Positions 58,162-64,000 of a DNA stretch of 64,000 nucleotides are shown here, in pieces; within the stretch, counting starts at the first letter, position 1, and each line of letters begins with the position of its first letter. Under the pieces are notes generated by a model. The model worked only from the letters and a program-made list of their open reading frames with translations. It did not search any database and was not told the DNA's origin. Position numbers and translations under genes: made by a program. Origin of the DNA: the human T2T-CHM13v2.0 reference genome, Homo sapiens; assembly GCF_009914755.1 (NCBI RefSeq), contig NC_060944.1, one strand, 5' to 3'.

Positions 58162-58280
58162 GTACAAGGAAATGGTAGAACTAGTGATCTCACCCAGCCT
58201 CACTGTAAACAGCGATTGTCTGGATAAACTGAAGTTTAACCGTGCTGACGCTGCTGTGTGGACTCTGAGTGACAGACAAG
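58162..58280 (+). other. EYA2: EYA2 start-codon exon (119 nt: 10 nt 5'UTR + 109 nt CDS), conventionally exon 2
   Basis: Acceptor tttccctttgttttctttcAG|gtacaag and donor acaag|GTAGGC. Exon number is from recalled gene structure. Confidence 0.92.
58172..58280 (+). CDS. EYA2: First coding segment of EYA transcriptional coactivator and phosphatase 2 (codons 1-36 plus first base of Gly37; phase-1 intron follows)
   Basis: Translation [37 protein letters not shown] matches the human EYA2 N-terminus as I recall it. ATG is in strong Kozak context (gaaATGG, G at -3 and +4). Bounded by canonical splice sites. Confidence 0.95.
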
Positions 58281-59848
58281 GTAGGCTTCCTGCTGTGAGT
58301 TTGGGTCAACAGGTGTGGTGGTCCTAGGTCACCCTGAGAATATCGTAAGCAACAGACACGCATCCTTTCCAAAGTACTGTCCTTAGGACAATTTCTCCCC
58401 CTGCCATTTAAATGCTTGCCTCTGAACCAAAACTTTGGCATACATCTCTAACAACTCTGTCTCATCGTTAGAGGTAAAAATGTGCTCATTCGTGTCTTGA
58501 ACTTCCTTTCTTGGTCTCCAATTCCAAGAAATGCTGACACCACCACGGATGATAGTCACTTTGGGGCGTGTCCCAGGCCCAGCCCTTGGATGTGTTTTGC
58601 AGTGTCTGTTTCTGGCTCTGAGCTCTGTCCTCTCTACTCTGCTCTGCCATCCCCTTGTCCAAGCAGGCGTCTTGCTTACAGGGGTTTGACATTAGGGCAA
58701 GAACTCGTCTGCCTCTTGCTTTCAGGTCGGGTTGGAGTCAAGGAAGCAGAGAAGAATTAAAGTTGTTTAAAAAACTATTGGCAAATGATGCAGTCGAACT
58801 AGTTTTCACTAGAACAATTCCAGCTATTGTTTGTTCTGTTTCAGATCTGTCAGCCTTCCTGGTAGAGCTTGGAGTTAGCAAAAGGCATTAAGCTATTATG
58901 TTTAACCATTGGGCTTAACCCTTTCTTTGGCCAGCTTTGGGATTTGCTGCTGTTGTCCTGAGACCCCCTCGTTGTTTTTCCTTCATTATCTGTTTGACAC
59001 CAGCTCATGGGACACAAATGCTATGTAACTGTCGTGGAAAACCAAAGTGACACGTATCTAGTGGAATATAACATCACAAGGAATTGGCTTTGAAGCCAAT
59101 CCAGGCTTCCATGAGTAATTATTGCTGTCAGCAAGACAATGACATTTCTCCTTGCATGCTGGTTACAGAGCTGGAACTGCGCTGATGAAAGTACCACCAG
59201 TGGCTTGGGCTCTCATGCCAAAACTGGATGGTGAAGAACATACCCTCATTCTTCCTGGCACTTTGGACCATTCGTGTAAACTGCCCAGGGGCCTTTGAGA
59301 GTTTGAGAAAATTTACTGAGCCCCGTTCAAAGACATTCATCATTTTCTTTCCAAATAGAGACACAAGTCAACTTAAGTAGAGACGCAAGTCAACTGTCTT
59401 CATTTGAGAGCCCGTAGTAACAGGAAAGGACATAGGCTGCTCAGGGGGGAATCCCAGCCCACTGCTTCTCAGCCAAATGATCTCAGGCAAACTGTTTAAC
59501 TTTTCTGAGCCTCAGTTTTCTCACCTGTCAAATGGGGGCATAATGGCGTACTTCATAGGGTGCTGATTGCAAGAAGGAAGTGAGGTGATGGGATGTAAAG
59601 TGTCTGGCACACCTTGGGGGCATGGTGCATGGTTAAATGTACCATTCCATTGTCACTCTCCTCTGAACCAAATAACCACAGTAAATTCAAAACCATGGTT
59701 GCACACAGGGCAGCCCACAGCCACATCTGGCCCTGAAGTTTGTCTTTGTTTGGTTTACACTATGTTTTAAGTAAAAGTGAATTTGTAAAAATTGGGAGCA
59801 TTCACATAAAAATCTGGAGTTCTGGTTTATCTTAAAAGACTGAAGGCT

Positions 59849-60275
<427 letters not shown>

Positions 60276-63071
60276 TTATGAGCACATACTTTCTGCCAGG
60301 CACTATTCAAAGCAACATAAATCTAGATTCATTCTCCTCCTCCCTCCCTGTCACCATCAGAACAAACACTCGGCACTTGTCGTGTCCCAGCATTGCTCTA
60401 TTAACTCATTTAATCTTCACAACTCTAAAAAGTGGGTACTGTTATTATCCCCATTTTACAGACGAGGAAACCAAAATGCAGAGAGGTTAAGCAGCTTGAT
60501 TGAGATGGCACAGGTGATAGCCCAGATTTGAACCTAGATAGTCTGACTTCAGAGTTTATTCTCCTGATCAGTACTCTGTACTATTTCTCATTTAATTATT
60601 ATACAACTGGTAGGCTATGAGCCCATTTTACAGACATGGAAGTTGGGGCATGGAGGAGTTACGTAACCAGGTTAAAGTCACACCAGAATCAAACCCAGGC
60701 ACTCTGGTTCCAGAGTTCCCACTTGTAAACCACTTCTAACTCACTTTCTGCCAAGCTGTAAGAGTCTCCAGACCCTGGATCTTCAATTCTCCCACAGTGG
60801 TGAAATCCACAGACACACTCCTTTTTGTGACTTGGAGCTGTCAGTGCCCTTTCTACTGCCCTGGAACAATCTGGCTGCCATGGTGAAGGCTTTGAGGGTG
60901 GAAGCGATGAGGCAGAGAGAGGTTGCTCCCAAATTCAGAACAGGTAGCGCCAGTGAGGTCAGGTTACACACACACACTTTCTTTCTCATGGGGCAGGTGG
61001 TGAGCTCCAGAGACTCTGCAGGGGACATTCCACCCTGGAGCATGACCCCCAAGTGCTGGATTATGCCTCTCCCCCTGCCTGGCCTACTGTTCTCCCTCCT
61101 CCTGGGCCATTCCTTCTATTACAGAGTCTTTACTAGGTGGCTTCAAAGGTCCTACTCAAAGGAGGACCCCCAAGAGTCATGAGTCACAGGACCTGCACTC
61201 AGGGGGATTCTGGAGGGAGCATGGAGCCAAGAAGCCCCCCAGTGGCTTCCATTGCATTCCCACCTCTGCTTCTTACCAGCTGTGGGACCCTGGCTAGTGG
61301 CCTAACCTCCTTGAGACCCATTTGCCCCATCTGTTTAATGGGAGTAATTATTCCACCGACCTCACAGACTCAATGTGAGGATGAAATGAGTTGAAACAGG
61401 GAGTGGACTTAGTGTGCTTAAAAAGTATAGAACAAGATCTGAATTCCTTATCCTTGGCCACCAGGCCCCACTTGTCTATCCCTGGAAGCCTCCCAAACTC
61501 ATCTCCGTCCCTATTGCCTTTGCTCCTTGGGCCCAGCCCCTGGCCCCTTTTCCTTTGCTTTAACTGAGAAGCATGATTCTGCCCTCCGAGCCTTTGCATC
61601 TGCTGTTTCCTCTGTCTGGACCAGTCTTCACCCAGGCTCTGCAGGACCAGCCCTCCCTCAGTTCTCATCAGAGAGGTCTTTCCTAATGAAAGGAACTGCC
61701 CCTTCCTTCATTCATTTGTTCATTCATTTATTGAACAAATGTTTAATCAGCCATGTGCTTGGCATGGTTTTAAGTACTAGGGAGACAGCATAGAAAACCC
61801 TATCCTCATGGAGCCCACGCTAGGGTGCTGACAAAGCAAAAAGCTGACAATGACGATAAAGAAGCAAAGTATTTAGCACGTTGCATAGTGATGCTTGCTG
61901 TGAAGGAAAAAGGCAGGGGAGGAGCATGAGGAATGCAAGAGTGGAGGGTTGCAGTTTTTGTTAGGGTGGCTAGAAAAGAGGTCCCTGAGAAGATAACACT
62001 TAAGACCTGTAGGAGGTAAGGGAGGGTGCCACACGGCTACACAGAACAAGAGCCGTATGCACAGAGAAGACAGCAAGTGCAAAGGCCCTGAGGCAGCAGT
62101 GTGCTCAAAAAACTTTACATATATTAATACAAACATATGTACATATGCATATTTAAATTTCTGTTCCTGTTTAGCATGCAACTTAGTGCCTGGCTCATGG
62201 TAGATCCTTAAAAAATTATTTCTGGGTGAGTGAAGGGGTAGGTGGATGAAGACAGAATGGTGCTGAGGAACCCAGATAACTTTAGGGAGATATTGGTTCT
62301 GAATCCTTAGTAAAGTTTCCTTCACTTCCCCCTGCCTCATTTTCTACATTTGCATCGTACTGATGACAATAATTTCCTTACTGCGTTGTTGTGGAGAATA
62401 AAGAGATCATGCTCATGCAGTCCTTGCCACAGTAACCCTGGTTTGTTTGTAGGAACCACTTGAGAAATATTACCTATTATTCCTTATGATTCAAGGGAAA
62501 AATGGATTTGAATTGATTGTATCCTGTCTCTGGGAAGGGGTGGTGGGGAGTTCCCCTGAATAGAGGAAAATTTTTCTTTTAAAATGCACATGCATTTTTC
62601 AGAAACTGATGCTCTAATCTCATTGTTTCCAAGGAGAGGTGAAACCACCACCCTACGCTACAAGCTGGGCTGTCAGCTGCTCTCACTTCCTGCACCTCCT
62701 CTGCCCTGGGCATGACAAGACCTCATTTTCAGTTTCAGTCTCACCGGTTCCAACCCGGGGCTGACGGGTTTTGATTCATTTCATCCAAACCAGGCTGAGC
62801 TGCCCAGAGCTTTGCCCAGGTGCTGGCCTGGGGAACCACATGTCAGCTTCATCCTTCTCACCTTTAAGGCTTTTGTAGCCGTTCACACCCAGAACAACCT
62901 CTACCTGTGCAGAACAGAAATCCCGCTTTGTGGGAGGAAATGGTGCTATTAATCCCATCGTGGCCTCCACAGGTAAAGAGCTTCCACTGATGGCAGTAGC
63001 TCACAAATGTCATAGTCTCGAGCCACTTTCTGGCGTATATTCAGACCACCTCTACTGCCACTTGGTACTAA

Positions 63072-63399
<328 letters not shown>

Positions 63400-64000
63400 T
63401 GAAATAAATTCATTTTAAAAGGATGACTTAAGCCAGTTCCAGAAATGAAACGTTATGACTTTGATGGTCTTGTTGTGATTCTAATGTACATAAAATTAAT
63501 TTGCAATGATTTCAATCAAAGAGGGAGTATTTATAGACTCCCTAAAATCATCGCAGTCTGGGACTTGCAGCCTCATTCCTTTCTGTCCTCAGTGGCACCT
63601 CCCGCAAGAGACAAAGGGCTTGCTCATGGTCACAGAGCCTCTCAGTGACAGTCAGAATTGGGGCACCCACTTCTGGATGCCTAGTGTGGTGTCTTTCCAG
63701 CTGTCCCTGTCCCTAGTATGGGAGTGATTTAAATCACCCACACAAGGAAGATGAACTGATACAGTTTACAGACATTTACCTTTATAGCAGAGACCTGCCT
63801 GGAGACATCTCGCTGGCACTACAAATTGTCTCATCTCACTGGGGGATCCCTTAGAAGCCGGCCCCTGGGGTCCAATTAGGCAACATAACAGCCGTTGCTG
63901 CTTTCAGAATCATTAGCTTCTTAATCCTCCCAGTGAGAGGTGAAAAAAGTGTGAACATTCAAATTGTGCTCATGGATTTAAGTGGCTTAACCAAGGGCCC

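Noticed and set aside
58127-58327. 66-aa ORF as given in the track
   Set aside because: Only 58172-58280 is exonic; the flanking residues are read-through of intron sequence.

Overview
This is human/primate genomic DNA, not a microbial locus: about 24 Alu elements plus L1, L2, MIR, MaLR/ERVL LTRs and hAT/Tigger DNA-transposon relics make up much of the window. Only one coding segment is supported: a 119-nt spliced exon at 58162-58280 (+). Its ATG at 58172 opens [36 protein letters not shown](G), which I recognise as the N-terminus of EYA2 (Eyes absent homolog 2, 20q13.12). The window is therefore most likely the distal 58 kb of the long EYA2 first intron, the start-codon exon, and the first 5.7 kb of the next intron. 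The other ORFs in the track look like chance or repeat-derived frames. I see no new protein-coding system, RNA gene or CRISPR-like array. The best leads are RNA-processing and DNA-structure features: (i) the start-codon exon begins with GT (AG|GT, recursive-splice-like) and is bracketed by inverted Alus; (ii) a candidate internal promoter/alternative 5'UTR exon pair at about 47.0-47.75 kb; (iii) a PATRR-like AT palindrome with perfect 54-bp arms; (iv) very closely spaced inverted Alu pairs; (v) several islands with no recognisable repeat that could be enhancers. Repeat subfamilies and boundaries were called by eye and are approximate.
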